The position numbers were made by a program, and so were the translations under genes. 64,000 nucleotides of DNA, from positions 85,368-149,367 of the forward strand of contig JBGTMQ010000017.1 of the NCBI GenBank assembly GCA_041743505.1, written 5' to 3'. Origin of the DNA: Candidatus Saccharimonadia bacterium (GTDB lineage: Bacteria; Patescibacteriota; Saccharimonadia; UBA4664). Of the stretch, positions 1 through 9,566 are shown piece by piece. Within the stretch, counting starts at the first letter, position 1, and each line of letters starts with the position of its first letter. The notes below the pieces were generated by a model. The model was not told the origin of the DNA, searched no databases, and worked only from the letters and a program-made list of their open reading frames with translations.

Positions 1-39
1 ACTCCGGGCTTCCGAGGCTGAGCTGCTATTATCGTAACT

Positions 40-1038
40 ATGACACCAAACTCATGGCGCCCGCTACGCACATTATTACCAGCACTCATTACCTGTATAA
101 CATCTGCCGCTATTGGCACTGGATTGCTGTTCATGCTTTTCACCTACAGCGCGAAGCTTGAGGTATGTGCCGGACTTGCGATAGCCCTATGTATCGGGGT
201 CGGTGGGCTAATTGCAGCCAGCGCAACCTTGGCTTCCGCAGTGGCTGTAGGGCATGGACTACTACAAAGAATACGCATCCAATACGCCGGGTCGCTCATA
301 GCTCTGTCTTACTTCAGCTGGAGCTTGCTTTCAATATGCCTTTACCGCTGGTTGCCGGTAAATTCATTGTTTTTCCTAGCCATCTCCGCCGCCTTATTTG
401 TCAGCAGCTTCATATTCTACGACTGGTACTTAAGCTCGTTTCGGGCACCAAAAAGCCGCAAAGTATGGATAATAATTTTGGCGGCCGTGGCATGTCTGCT
501 GCTGGCGACAGTTGGGCACGACAGGGTCGGAGTCGCATCGGCAACCCGGGCCAGTGAAATCCGGGCAGCATTAGCCGAAAGCGGTATGACATTCCTTGTC
601 CCACCACCCAATTCATCTTACCCTCAACCTTACTCGATCGCGCCTCAATCCACCCGCGATGGCCACACGGATTATCGGGTTGGCGCTTATTTTAGTATAG
701 ATACTGGAAAGCATAACGGTACGACTTTGTACGAGTATAAGTATCCGGACGGTACAGACCCGATTCTAGACTGCCGACGTATTTCGTCACTATTAATTTC
801 AGAGTGGAGTGATCAGAAAGTATGTAGGCTCGTTACAACACTGCCGTCCGGAACCAATATTTATGCATCACCTGGAGGTTCCCCATTGTTTGTTATCAAG
901 AATGGGATCGTCGCGATCTATTCACCGCCAGACACCATGAACGATCAGGAAGCGTATGAATTTTTAGATCATCTTGTGCCGCTCGAAATCAACTCATTCC
1001 TAAAAACACTCCACCAGAAAAACCCAATGAATTACTAG
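40..1038 (+). CDS. hypothetical polytopic membrane protein
   Basis: 332-aa ORF. The N-terminal half has about 5 hydrophobic helices, the C-terminal half is hydrophilic. No recognisable catalytic motif. Confidence 0.45.
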   Translation: MTPNSWRPLRTLLPALITCITSAAIGTGLLFMLFTYSAKLEVCAGLAIALCIGVGGLIAASATLASAVAVGHGLLQRIRIQYAGSLIALSYFSWSLLSICLYRWLPVNSLFFLAISAALFVSSFIFYDWYLSSFRAPKSRKVWIIILAAVACLLLATVGHDRVGVASATRASEIRAALAESGMTFLVPPPNSSYPQPYSIAPQSTRDGHTDYRVGAYFSIDTGKHNGTTLYEYKYPDGTDPILDCRRISSLLISEWSDQKVCRLVTTLPSGTNIYASPGGSPLFVIKNGIVAIYSPPDTMNDQEAYEFLDHLVPLEINSFLKTLHQKNPMNY

Positions 1039-1092
1039 GACTCTACATCAACCTACGCATCATGACCCTATTATTAGGGCAGTCTGCCAATA

Positions 1093-1488
1093 CTAGTTAC
1101 GCTTCAGTTCCCGAGAATAGAGCCCAGCCACAATTAGAGTCAGACCATAAATTACTACTATGGGAACGATCGCTGAACTAGGTTGTTTACCGAATAGCAC
1201 AAAACTGACATAGGTGGGAAAAAACAATACAAACACCCCTAACGCCCAACGATTTCTCCGATATAAACCCGCGATTAGCATTGTAAGTATAGCCCCTGCC
1301 AAAAGCAGCCAAGCACCACTAACGAGAGCTTCTTTTGCTCCACCTGGACCCGAAAGCATGAATAAAAGTCCTGAGCCCACCGCACCCAACAAAGTCACAG
1401 CATAAACCGGGGCAATAAGTAGGCAGACTAAAACAAACCCGAGGGATAATTTTTCAATTTTACGTTGCATATACTTAATATAACGCAA
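1093..1488 (-). CDS. hypothetical small membrane protein
   Basis: 131-aa ORF with 4 predicted TM helices (Gly/Ala/Leu-rich). No motif recognised. Confidence 0.4.
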   Translation of the reverse strand: MRYIKYMQRKIEKLSLGFVLVCLLIAPVYAVTLLGAVGSGLLFMLSGPGGAKEALVSGAWLLLAGAILTMLIAGLYRRNRWALGVFVLFFPTYVSFVLFGKQPSSAIVPIVVIYGLTLIVAGLYSRELKRN

Positions 1489-1623
1489 ATAGGCCTATGG
1501 AAAAACAAAATAAAGAAAAGACATTTACAAAAAACTGAATACATGTTATAGTCTAAAAAGCAGTAGAAAGCTATTGATAAGCTCTCTATTTTTCTGCCTG
1601 CACCTCCACAACTCACAGTAAGG

Positions 1624-2067
1624 ATGAGTGGCCCCATGTCTAGACGAGCCAAGGCTTTGGGCATAGCAACCGTCGGCGCGTTACTGGCGATAATGGGATT
1701 CTTCGTTTTCTTTTCTAGCCCTGAAGGTCCATCTGCACCCGCTAGTAACAACCCGGCTTCACCAACCGCTACGCCTCAGCCTGATCCAATATCAGCCGAG
1801 AATGTGCGGTATCTGGAGCAGGCCCTGAATAGTGACATCCAGACCGAGCAGGCCAAAGTTCTGCCGAGTATGCTGCGTGATGATTTTCTGCGCCAAAACC
1901 AACCTGCCTTGCCGCCCGGTACAACCGTCCAACTCAAAACGGATACATTCGTTGCCGGTGGCGATACTGGCCAGATCGAAGCCGCCGCTTCAAGTGGCGA
2001 ACTCTATATCCTGCACCTCATCCGTGAAAACGGTATGTGGCTGATTCTCTACACGGAGGCAAAATGA
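1624..2067 (+). CDS. hypothetical membrane-anchored/secreted protein
   Basis: 147-aa ORF with an N-terminal TM/signal segment and a Pro/Ala/Ser-rich linker. Its 3' end overlaps the lipase gene start at 2037 by 31 nt, so the two are probably co-transcribed. Confidence 0.45.
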   Translation: MSGPMSRRAKALGIATVGALLAIMGFFVFFSSPEGPSAPASNNPASPTATPQPDPISAENVRYLEQALNSDIQTEQAKVLPSMLRDDFLRQNQPALPPGTTVQLKTDTFVAGGDTGQIEAAASSGELYILHLIRENGMWLILYTEAK

Positions 2068-3389
2068 AACCGGCAATGTGGCGAGCCAGCACTATACTGG
2101 CAGCCTTCGCTCTGTTCTTCGCAGCCTTGGCCTTCCCCGGCCAAGCCAGTCCGGCAGGCTGCGTGCCCGACCTTAGTCAGCGCTTACCCGTAATCCTGGT
2201 GCATGGCTTTAGCGATCGCCCAGCCGTCTGGGGCAGCGCCAATGATCCAAACTCCATGCTGCACACCGTTGGCCGGATCCCAAACACGTATGTCGAAACC
2301 TTCGACTACGAGTCCACTAACAAACGCTGGATCGACGACCCTGCAATTGGACGGAGTTTAGCTAGAAGAATTGCCTGTGTAGCAGCCTCCTCACGCCAGG
2401 CTAATGGACCCGGCAAGGTTATCGTTATCGGTCACTCGATGGGCGGACTAGCAGCTAAGTATGCCGCTACACAAACAGTGGAAGGCCACAAAGTTGCTGG
2501 TGACATTGGCCTAGTGGCAACCATAGGCACACCAAATACTGGTAATGGATGGGCCAATGGTTACGCACTTGTTCGCTCAGCCATTTGTTCAGCTATAACG
2601 ATGGCCAAAGCAGTGCAGTTGCAGTTCTTGTGTGATGGCGATGCAGTCGAAGGTTTACAAAGCCACTCGCAGCAAATCGACGCCCTACCCCCACTCCCTG
2701 GTAACATCCCCGTCATAGCCATTGCCGGCGACGTCACGGTCACCTACTCGTTCTTCCAGCTCACCCTGAAAGACACGGATAGCGATCTGATCGTTACCAA
2801 ACAATCCGCCCTCAAAGGGGCAGCCCATCCTAAATTGGGCGGCGGCGAAGAAGTGGTTGCATGCGAAACCAGCATTCAGGCGCTCGACCATGTCAAGCTT
2901 GGCTCTGCATTACCTGGCAATCCAGTCTTACCCTCCTGCTGGCACAACGGCCTGCCAAGCAACCAAGAGGTCAAGCTTGCGGTAACAAGCACCATCGAGA
3001 AGTACCAACGAGCTCTGGCAGCCAACCAGGCGCTTGCACCATACATCGGCACCTGGACGGTCCATGGCGGTAAGCTGGAGATCCGGCCCGACCGCACGGG
3101 CACTCACACGCTCAACCTCGGTTGTGGCGCTGCTGTCACTAACTGCAACGAGATCGACCAACTCACGTTCACGGGACCGGTCAACGGAACACTCACCGCT
3201 AAGGTAACGGGTGTATCGGTACCAACCGGACAGGCAGCCAACTACAAAGTTGGGGACACGTTTAAGCTCACACTCGAACGTGAAGGTCATATTCTGCGCA
3301 CTGCCTGGTCTGATAACAAAGACCATGGCAACCCTTACTGGTGCGACTCGCACGCGTCAACAAACAGTTTCACTGAATGCGGACAGTAA
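2037..3389 (+). CDS. secreted alpha/beta-hydrolase, lipase/esterase family (GHSMGG nucleophile elbow)
   Basis: N-terminal signal peptide. LVHGF...GHSMGG motif is typical of the bacterial lipase/PGAP1-like fold. The C-terminal ~130 aa is homologous to lipoprotein 32473..33027. Confidence 0.65.
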   Translation: MADSLHGGKMKPAMWRASTILAAFALFFAALAFPGQASPAGCVPDLSQRLPVILVHGFSDRPAVWGSANDPNSMLHTVGRIPNTYVETFDYESTNKRWIDDPAIGRSLARRIACVAASSRQANGPGKVIVIGHSMGGLAAKYAATQTVEGHKVAGDIGLVATIGTPNTGNGWANGYALVRSAICSAITMAKAVQLQFLCDGDAVEGLQSHSQQIDALPPLPGNIPVIAIAGDVTVTYSFFQLTLKDTDSDLIVTKQSALKGAAHPKLGGGEEVVACETSIQALDHVKLGSALPGNPVLPSCWHNGLPSNQEVKLAVTSTIEKYQRALAANQALAPYIGTWTVHGGKLEIRPDRTGTHTLNLGCGAAVTNCNEIDQLTFTGPVNGTLTAKVTGVSVPTGQAANYKVGDTFKLTLEREGHILRTAWSDNKDHGNPYWCDSHASTNSFTECGQ

Positions 3390-3550
3390 ATGAGGTGTCC
3401 CAAGGACGGAAATCTACGGCAAACCAGCCGCTAGGTATCCGTCCTTTTTAGTTGCGCCGGTTAAGCTTAATCCATCTGCCTTCACACTAAATGTAAGGAA
3501 CTTACATTTAAGTTCCCCGTGGTTATATGTAAGTTGCCTACATTTAGTGG

Positions 3551-5119
3551 CTACCTAATTACCCGACCCCTAGCTTGGCTAAGCTCGTGCTCCATCTGAC
3601 GAAAAATCCCGCCATCCTTTATCACCAATTCCACAATCTCATCCGCCCGCTGCTGACTCCCCGCCACACTATAAACCCGCAATTGAGGCGCATTACCCGA
3701 CGGCCGAAAATGCACCACATCGCCGTTATCAAAATAAATTCGCACTCCATCCAGGTGGTTCACCTTCTTAACCGTCCCAAACCCATGCTCAATCGTAAAA
3801 AACTCTCCCAGCTTAGCGTAAACAGCCCCAGTATCATGAGCAAACTCGGCCACAATGGCCCGCGACGCCTCAGCCGGAAAATTATCAACCAGCCCGGCCT
3901 GGCTGTACCGCCGAGGCAGCGCACCAAACAACTCAGACACCGACCGCCCTGACTCCGCTGCGGCCACCAGCGCTACCACAATCGGCAGTATCGCATCCCG
4001 GGTCGGCAATGGCGCCAGCGTCGCACCGTTAACCTCAAGCGGCGTCTGAGTCATAAACCCGCCGTTCACCTCCCAACCCACAGCCAAAGAGCCCGCTCCA
4101 GCTCCTTGAGCCATAGCCGAGATCACGTACGGCGAACCAATCCGGGTATGCCGCCATTCAATCCCCGCCGAGCCCAAGTAGCTGTCCGCCGCATCACTAG
4201 CCGTTACCGGGTAGGCCGCAAACTCAGCCTTCAGCCATACCGCCACCACAGCCCCCAGCACATCCCCGCGATGGAACTCGCCGGCAGCGTCAAACACCAT
4301 GGGCCGGTCACTGTCGCCGTCCGTCGACACAATCGCAAAGCTACCTGGATGTTCCTGCACCAACCGCACCACATATTCTTCGTGGTGAGACGTAATATTT
4401 TCGCTATCAAACGGCACAAACACATCCGACCGGCCCATCGGCACTGCCTCGGCCCCCAAGGCCGTCAAAATCTCAACCACCAGATCCCGGCCCACCGCCG
4501 AATGCTGGTACACCACCACCTTTTTACCCGCCAGCGGCCGCCCTTTAAAAATAGCCTTGAACCGGTCCACATACATCCGCTCTGCCGCCTCCTCGGCCGC
4601 CGGCAAATCCACCACCTCACGAAACTCACCCCGCTCGTCGAAAATCGCCTCCACAGCATCCACCGCATACAACTCCTGCCGCACCGACGCCACTGCCACC
4701 TTTATGGCCGCCTCGTCCTCCTTCAGTACCTCACCGTCAGGCTTATAAAACTTAATCCCGTTCCTATCAGCCGGAATATGGCTCCCCGTCACCATAATCC
4801 CCGCCGATTTGTGGCTTAGCGCAGCCAATCCCAGTGCCGGCGTTGGAATCAAACCACAATAATTAACCCGGCAACCCTCGTCGCCTGCCGCCCGCGCCAC
4901 CGACCGCATAATCCGCGGCGTGCTATCGCGCAAATCCCCGGCCACATACACCACGTCCCCGGCATCTAACTGCTTTGTTTGCTTCAGAAAGCGCAAAAAA
5001 CCTACCGTGTTGATGTAGCATTCCAAATCAGTCATATCCGTTACCAGATCGCGCAACCCCGAGGTCCCAAACGACAGCTCCCGGGGCTTATACGCTAGCA
5101 CATCACGCAGACAGGACAT
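3551..5119 (-). CDS. phosphoglucomutase-like alpha-D-phosphohexomutase
   Basis: FGTSGLRD sugar-phosphate loop and TGSHIPADRNGIKFY phosphoserine loop (a variant of TASHNP). Length fits E. coli Pgm-type enzymes. The ORF extends to 5155, but the start is probably the internal Met (MSCLRD...) at 5119. Confidence 0.7.
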   Translation of the reverse strand: MSCLRDVLAYKPRELSFGTSGLRDLVTDMTDLECYINTVGFLRFLKQTKQLDAGDVVYVAGDLRDSTPRIMRSVARAAGDEGCRVNYCGLIPTPALGLAALSHKSAGIMVTGSHIPADRNGIKFYKPDGEVLKEDEAAIKVAVASVRQELYAVDAVEAIFDERGEFREVVDLPAAEEAAERMYVDRFKAIFKGRPLAGKKVVVYQHSAVGRDLVVEILTALGAEAVPMGRSDVFVPFDSENITSHHEEYVVRLVQEHPGSFAIVSTDGDSDRPMVFDAAGEFHRGDVLGAVVAVWLKAEFAAYPVTASDAADSYLGSAGIEWRHTRIGSPYVISAMAQGAGAGSLAVGWEVNGGFMTQTPLEVNGATLAPLPTRDAILPIVVALVAAAESGRSVSELFGALPRRYSQAGLVDNFPAEASRAIVAEFAHDTGAVYAKLGEFFTIEHGFGTVKKVNHLDGVRIYFDNGDVVHFRPSGNAPQLRVYSVAGSQQRADEIVELVIKDGGIFRQMEHELSQARGRVIR

Positions 5120-6470
5120 TTTGCTCCCTAGTTTTGATAGTAGCCGACAGCGCATCCAGCTTAGCCTGCATCAACCCCGGCGTATTCGCCTCCAGATTCA
5201 GCCGGACAATCGGCTCCGTATTACTCATGCGCAAGTTAAACCACCAGTCAGAGTACTCCACGGTCAACCCGTCCAGCCGGTTTTGCTCTCCATCTTTATG
5301 AAGCTCACTCAAATAATCCAACAATGCCGGCGCATCGCTCACCGTAAAGTTCGTTTCCTCAGGCATGGAATAGCGGTTATACGAATCCACCAGCTCACTT
5401 AGCTTGCATCCGCTTTCAGTCAAAGCCACCATCGTCACAATGGCTCCAATAAGCCCCGAATCAGCATAGAAGTTCTCCTTAAAGAACAAATGCCCCGTCG
5501 TTTCGCCTCCAAACGGCGCCCCGGTCTTCATCATTTCGGCGCCAATACTCACCCGCCCGGCCTTGACACAGGTCGGCCGCCCACCCCATTCACGGATAAA
5601 CTCCCTAGTGGCCCGGCTCGTCCGAACTTCATGAACAATCTCGGCTTCAGGATACAGTTTCAAATAATGCTTTGCCACGATGGTCAATAAAACACTTCCA
5701 TCCACCGGCCGCCCTTTATCGTCCACAAACACCGCCCGGTCCCCGTCACCATCAAAAGCGATACCAAAATCCAAGCTACCTTCCTGGATCGCCGCCTGCA
5801 AATCCCGCAGGTTCTCCAGCTTGCGCGGGTTAGCCTCGTGGTTTGGGAATGTCCCGTCCAGCTCGTAATACAGCTCCTTAACATCCAATGACAATCGTGG
5901 CTGGATATGAGGTAAAATTGCCCCCGCCATGCCATTTCCCGTATCAATAGCGATACGGTACGGTTTCAGCGGCGTTGTCACAAACTGCAGGCAATGCTTC
6001 ACCCAGTCTTCGGTGATATCCCGCGGCCCTACACTTCCCGGTGTTGCCGCCGGCTCCTTATAGCGCGCATCCTTAACCGCGTCTCGAATCTCAGCCAAAC
6101 CGCCGTCCAAACCCACCGGCTGTACCTTGTCCCGGTATATCTTGATCCCGTTATACGCCCCCGGATTATGGCTGGCTGTCACCACTGCGCCACCCGCCAA
6201 GTCATAATGACCGACCGCAAAATAAATCATGTCGCTCGTGACTTCACCGATATCGATCACTTCGCGCCCTTGCTTCATCAAGCCGGCTTTAACCTCACCG
6301 GCCAATTCCTGCGAGTCCGGCCGCATATCATAACCAACGGCTACCGGACCCTCCACCGGCAAAAAGTCGGCCAACGCCCGGCCGATGCCATGGGCCAGCT
6401 CCGGCGTTAATTCTGTTCCTACTAGCCCCCGGACGTCGTACGCTTTAAAAATGTGGGTTGGAAAATTCAT
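5103..6470 (-). CDS. phosphomannomutase/phosphoglucomutase
   Basis: FKAYDVRG N-terminal motif, TASHNPGAYNGIKIY active-site serine loop, GDGDR metal-binding loop; 455 aa. Confidence 0.8.
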   Translation of the reverse strand: MNFPTHIFKAYDVRGLVGTELTPELAHGIGRALADFLPVEGPVAVGYDMRPDSQELAGEVKAGLMKQGREVIDIGEVTSDMIYFAVGHYDLAGGAVVTASHNPGAYNGIKIYRDKVQPVGLDGGLAEIRDAVKDARYKEPAATPGSVGPRDITEDWVKHCLQFVTTPLKPYRIAIDTGNGMAGAILPHIQPRLSLDVKELYYELDGTFPNHEANPRKLENLRDLQAAIQEGSLDFGIAFDGDGDRAVFVDDKGRPVDGSVLLTIVAKHYLKLYPEAEIVHEVRTSRATREFIREWGGRPTCVKAGRVSIGAEMMKTGAPFGGETTGHLFFKENFYADSGLIGAIVTMVALTESGCKLSELVDSYNRYSMPEETNFTVSDAPALLDYLSELHKDGEQNRLDGLTVEYSDWWFNLRMSNTEPIVRLNLEANTPGLMQAKLDALSATIKTREQNVLSA

Positions 6471-6529
6471 ATTCTCAGTGTATCACCAGATATTCCGGCC
6501 GCTTGCCTGTGCGCTATAATGCATGCATT

Positions 6530-7486
6530 ATGACCCGTCACAACCACCTCAACTCACCCGTATCATTAATCGGTATCCCCCTCGACCTCGGCGCCGAAAA
6601 CCTCGGCGTCGATATCGGTCCAGACGCCTTTCGTCACCAAAAAATCATCGACAAACTCAACCGCACCGGCCTCGCCATTACCGACCATGGCAACATCGCC
6701 GTAGCCGGCCGTGCCGGTCTCGACCCGGGCAGCCCCAACCAACGCTACCTGCCCGAAATCCTCAGCGTCAGCCAGCGTTCCGCCGAGCTCACCGAAGCCC
6801 AAATCCGCGCCGGCCACCGCATTGTCGGCCTCGGGGGCGACCATTCCGTCACGCTCGGCCTGGTTTCCGGCGCCCGGGCGGCTCTCACCGGCGCCATCGG
6901 CCTCATTTACTTCGACGCCCACGGCGACATGAACACCCCCGACACCACTCTCACTGGCAACGTCCACGGCATGCATCTAGCTGCTCTGCTCGGCTTCGGC
7001 GAACCAAAGCTCACTAATTTCCATGGCCCCTCACCCAAAATCGAGCCCCAAAACCTGCTCCACATCGCCGGCAACGACTTCGACCAAGCTGAACTCGACC
7101 TCATCGCCCGCGAGCACCTGGCCGCTTTCACCCTCACCGATGTCCTTACCCAAGGCTTAGGCCCGCTCTTCAAACGTATCAACGACCTCGCCGCTCGCGT
7201 CGACCATATCTGGGTCAGCTTCGACCTCGACGCCATCGACCGCCTCTACGCTCCCGGTGCCGGCATGCCCAATCCTGGTGGCCTCACCTACCGCGAAGTC
7301 GCCGCCCTAGCGACCCATATCGGCCAAACCTGTCCCGTTGCCGGACTCGACATCGTCGAATACAATCCGCTCACGGACGAGCACAGTCGCACCGCCGAGC
7401 TAGGCATTGAGCTCATCGCCAAGCTACTAGGTCACGACTACAACTGGTATTCCGATTATCTCGCCCGTAACGACGTCAACCGCTAA
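6530..7486 (+). CDS. arginase family protein (arginase/agmatinase fold)
   Basis: GGDHSVTLG, DAHGDMNTP and SFDLDAIDxxYAPGAGxPNPGGLTYRE manganese-binding motifs. The ORF opens at 6458, but the likely start is ATG 6530 (MTRHNHL...IGIPLDLG). A TATAAT at 6515-6520 lies only 10 nt upstream, suggesting a near-leaderless transcript. Confidence 0.75.
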   Translation: MTRHNHLNSPVSLIGIPLDLGAENLGVDIGPDAFRHQKIIDKLNRTGLAITDHGNIAVAGRAGLDPGSPNQRYLPEILSVSQRSAELTEAQIRAGHRIVGLGGDHSVTLGLVSGARAALTGAIGLIYFDAHGDMNTPDTTLTGNVHGMHLAALLGFGEPKLTNFHGPSPKIEPQNLLHIAGNDFDQAELDLIAREHLAAFTLTDVLTQGLGPLFKRINDLAARVDHIWVSFDLDAIDRLYAPGAGMPNPGGLTYREVAALATHIGQTCPVAGLDIVEYNPLTDEHSRTAELGIELIAKLLGHDYNWYSDYLARNDVNR

Positions 7487-7635
7487 TTACGTGGCCCTGT
7501 CATCCGGTCCAAAAACCGTTTCAGTAACTTCGTGCCAAGTCTAAACAGAACAATTCTTACAATCCATCGCATCAATACCGCCATATCTGACCTCCATCAG
7601 GTTACATTAACCCGTCCACCAACCGGATAAATCAG

Positions 7636-7998
7636 TCAATCCGCTAAATCAGCCGGCTTGCCCAGTAAACGCTCGCGCGCCCGGCTTGCGGCCACCTCCA
7701 TCCGCTCAGTCTCCCACGTCAAAACCTGCCTGCCAAGATCGGTTAGTGCATATATCCGCCTAGGTTTACCCCGGTTTAAAGCCCCGTCATTCTCCAGCTC
7801 ATAAATCAAACCCACTCTCAACAGCTTTCCCAATGCCGGGTACACCATGCCACTATTTGCTTTAAAGTATCGCCCAGCATCAGCTTGGGCCTTTTTTATC
7901 ACGTCATACCCCGTCATATAATTCTCCGCTAGTGCTAGCAAAATATGGTAAGTTTGCGGAGTTAAGGGCAAAAACTCCTCGCGGGAAGTTATATTCAT
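7636..7998 (-). CDS. PadR family transcriptional regulator
   Basis: Winged-HTH pattern YHILLAL..x..GYDV...SGMVYPALGKLLRVGLI. Start moved from 8088 to internal Met 7998, because the extension is occupied by ATGTAAG/CTTACAT operator palindromes. Confidence 0.6.
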   Translation of the reverse strand: MNITSREEFLPLTPQTYHILLALAENYMTGYDVIKKAQADAGRYFKANSGMVYPALGKLLRVGLIYELENDGALNRGKPRRIYALTDLGRQVLTWETERMEVAASRARERLLGKPADLAD

Positions 7999-8118
7999 AC
8001 CCACACTATATGTCAGCAACTTACATTTAGCCACGGGAACCATAAATGTAAGTTCATTACATTTAGCGAGTGGACACAGGGAGAACACTCACGAGTCAGA
8101 CTAATATCCAGCACGACC

Positions 8119-9417
8119 CTACTTCAATCGCCCCCGAATTGCCCCTCGTACCACCTCTGCTTCATCCCAAGGGTGCTCGCCATCCGCCCGCTCTATCATC
8201 TTTTCGTGCCCCTTGCCCAAAAACACCACCATATCACCCGTCCGCGCCTGCCCAATCGCAAAACCAATCGCCTCAGTCCTATCCGCCACCAAAAACAGAT
8301 CCTTATCCCGCGTTTTACCCGAGCTCTCAGCCCCTTCAGCTATCTGGCGCATTATCGCCGCTCCGTCCTCATCCCGGTCATCCTCCTCCGTCACCACTAC
8401 CACATCGGCAAATTTACCGGCCAAACTGCCCTGAATAGCCCGCTTACCAGCATCCCGCCGTCCTGCCGAACCAAACAACACAATCAGCCGGCCCTCAGTT
8501 AATTGCTTCATTTGGGGCAATAATTTCTCAAATGACTGCGGCGTATGCGCAAAGTCCACGATCACCCCATAATCCTGGCCTTCATCAAGGCTATTCATCC
8601 GCCCCGCCACCGTCTCCAGCGCCGCAATCCCGCGCTCAATTCGCTCTGCCGGCAGCCCCACAGCCAAACCCACGCCCACCGCCGCCAGCGAGTTCGACAC
8701 GTTAAACCCACCCGGCAAATTCACCCTCAGCTTTAACGTCTGCTCACCATACGTAACCTCGTACTCACTGCCATCAGCATCACTTTTGAGCTTAGCCGGC
8801 ACCAAATCAGCTTTCCCTAAACCATATCGGATCACGCTAGGCACCGCCGCCGCAAAATACTCCGCACTGGCATCATCCGCATTCACAATTCCCATCCGCA
8901 GTCCCCGCGCATTTCGTCCCGTCAGCTCAAACAACTTCACCTTAGCTGCCCGGTACCGCTCAAACGTCCCGTGATAATCCAGATGCTCGTGCCCCACATT
9001 CGTCATCACCGCCACGCTATACGGTATTCCCCACACTCGGTTCTGCGCCAACGCATGACTCGTCGTCTCCAGCACCAGCCACTCTATTCCCTCGGCCCGC
9101 AGCTCCGCAATCCGCCTAAGCATCGGCAGCGTCTGCATTGTGGTCATGTGGACCTGGTTATCATGCCAGTTTCCCGGCACCCCATAGCCAATCGTCGTCA
9201 TCAACCCCGTCTTCACCCCCGCATCATTGAGCATGGTATAAATCATGGTCGACGTCGTCGTCTTACCATCCGTCCCCGTCACCCCGATCACCTTCATACC
9301 CCGAGCCGGAAAGCCCGTCACCGTCTGCCACAATATTGACTCCAGCAGATGCCCGAACGGCTCAATGGACCTAAACAACCCCCGCGGAATAAGTGCTTTT
9401 ACAAGTTTGCGTAACAT
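8119..9417 (-). CDS. Mur ligase family protein (MurE-like UDP-MurNAc-peptide ligase)
   Basis: GVTGTDGKTTT P-loop, ETTSHAL and VDFAHTP Mur-ligase motifs. The N-terminal domain is short. The position normally holding DNPR/DDPR reads EEDDRDED, so amino-acid specificity is unclear. Confidence 0.65.
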   Translation of the reverse strand: MLRKLVKALIPRGLFRSIEPFGHLLESILWQTVTGFPARGMKVIGVTGTDGKTTTSTMIYTMLNDAGVKTGLMTTIGYGVPGNWHDNQVHMTTMQTLPMLRRIAELRAEGIEWLVLETTSHALAQNRVWGIPYSVAVMTNVGHEHLDYHGTFERYRAAKVKLFELTGRNARGLRMGIVNADDASAEYFAAAVPSVIRYGLGKADLVPAKLKSDADGSEYEVTYGEQTLKLRVNLPGGFNVSNSLAAVGVGLAVGLPAERIERGIAALETVAGRMNSLDEGQDYGVIVDFAHTPQSFEKLLPQMKQLTEGRLIVLFGSAGRRDAGKRAIQGSLAGKFADVVVVTEEDDRDEDGAAIMRQIAEGAESSGKTRDKDLFLVADRTEAIGFAIGQARTGDMVVFLGKGHEKMIERADGEHPWDEAEVVRGAIRGRLK

Positions 9418-9566
9418 AATAATTCCCTATTGCTTAGCTCATTATCGCACACCCTCAGACCAAAATGAGTGCTTATGCTTGCATTATTTTGCATTGTGTG
9501 TTATTATATTAATGTTCGATACCACTGGTGCCTCATGGCACTTGCACTCTAGAAAATGAGGTTCCC

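Noticed and set aside
1590-1625. CCTCC anti-SD-like sequence in the shared leader, as a possible RBS-sequestering hairpin
   Set aside because: The downstream SD-like AAGGA is not complementary to the CACCTCC segment (no TCCT). The motif is more likely a conserved transcript 5' end or binding site.
4106-4819. 237-aa His/Arg-rich ORF on the plus strand
   Set aside because: It lies antisense to the phosphoglucomutase-like gene, which has clear catalytic motifs. The composition is an artefact of reverse-frame reading.
6523-7017. Arg/Pro-rich 164-aa ORF (and 6566..6976, 6711..6932, 6907..7236) overlapping the arginase gene
   Set aside because: These are shadow ORFs within or antisense to a well-supported arginase CDS. 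Their low-complexity composition is typical of out-of-frame translation of GC-rich coding sequence.
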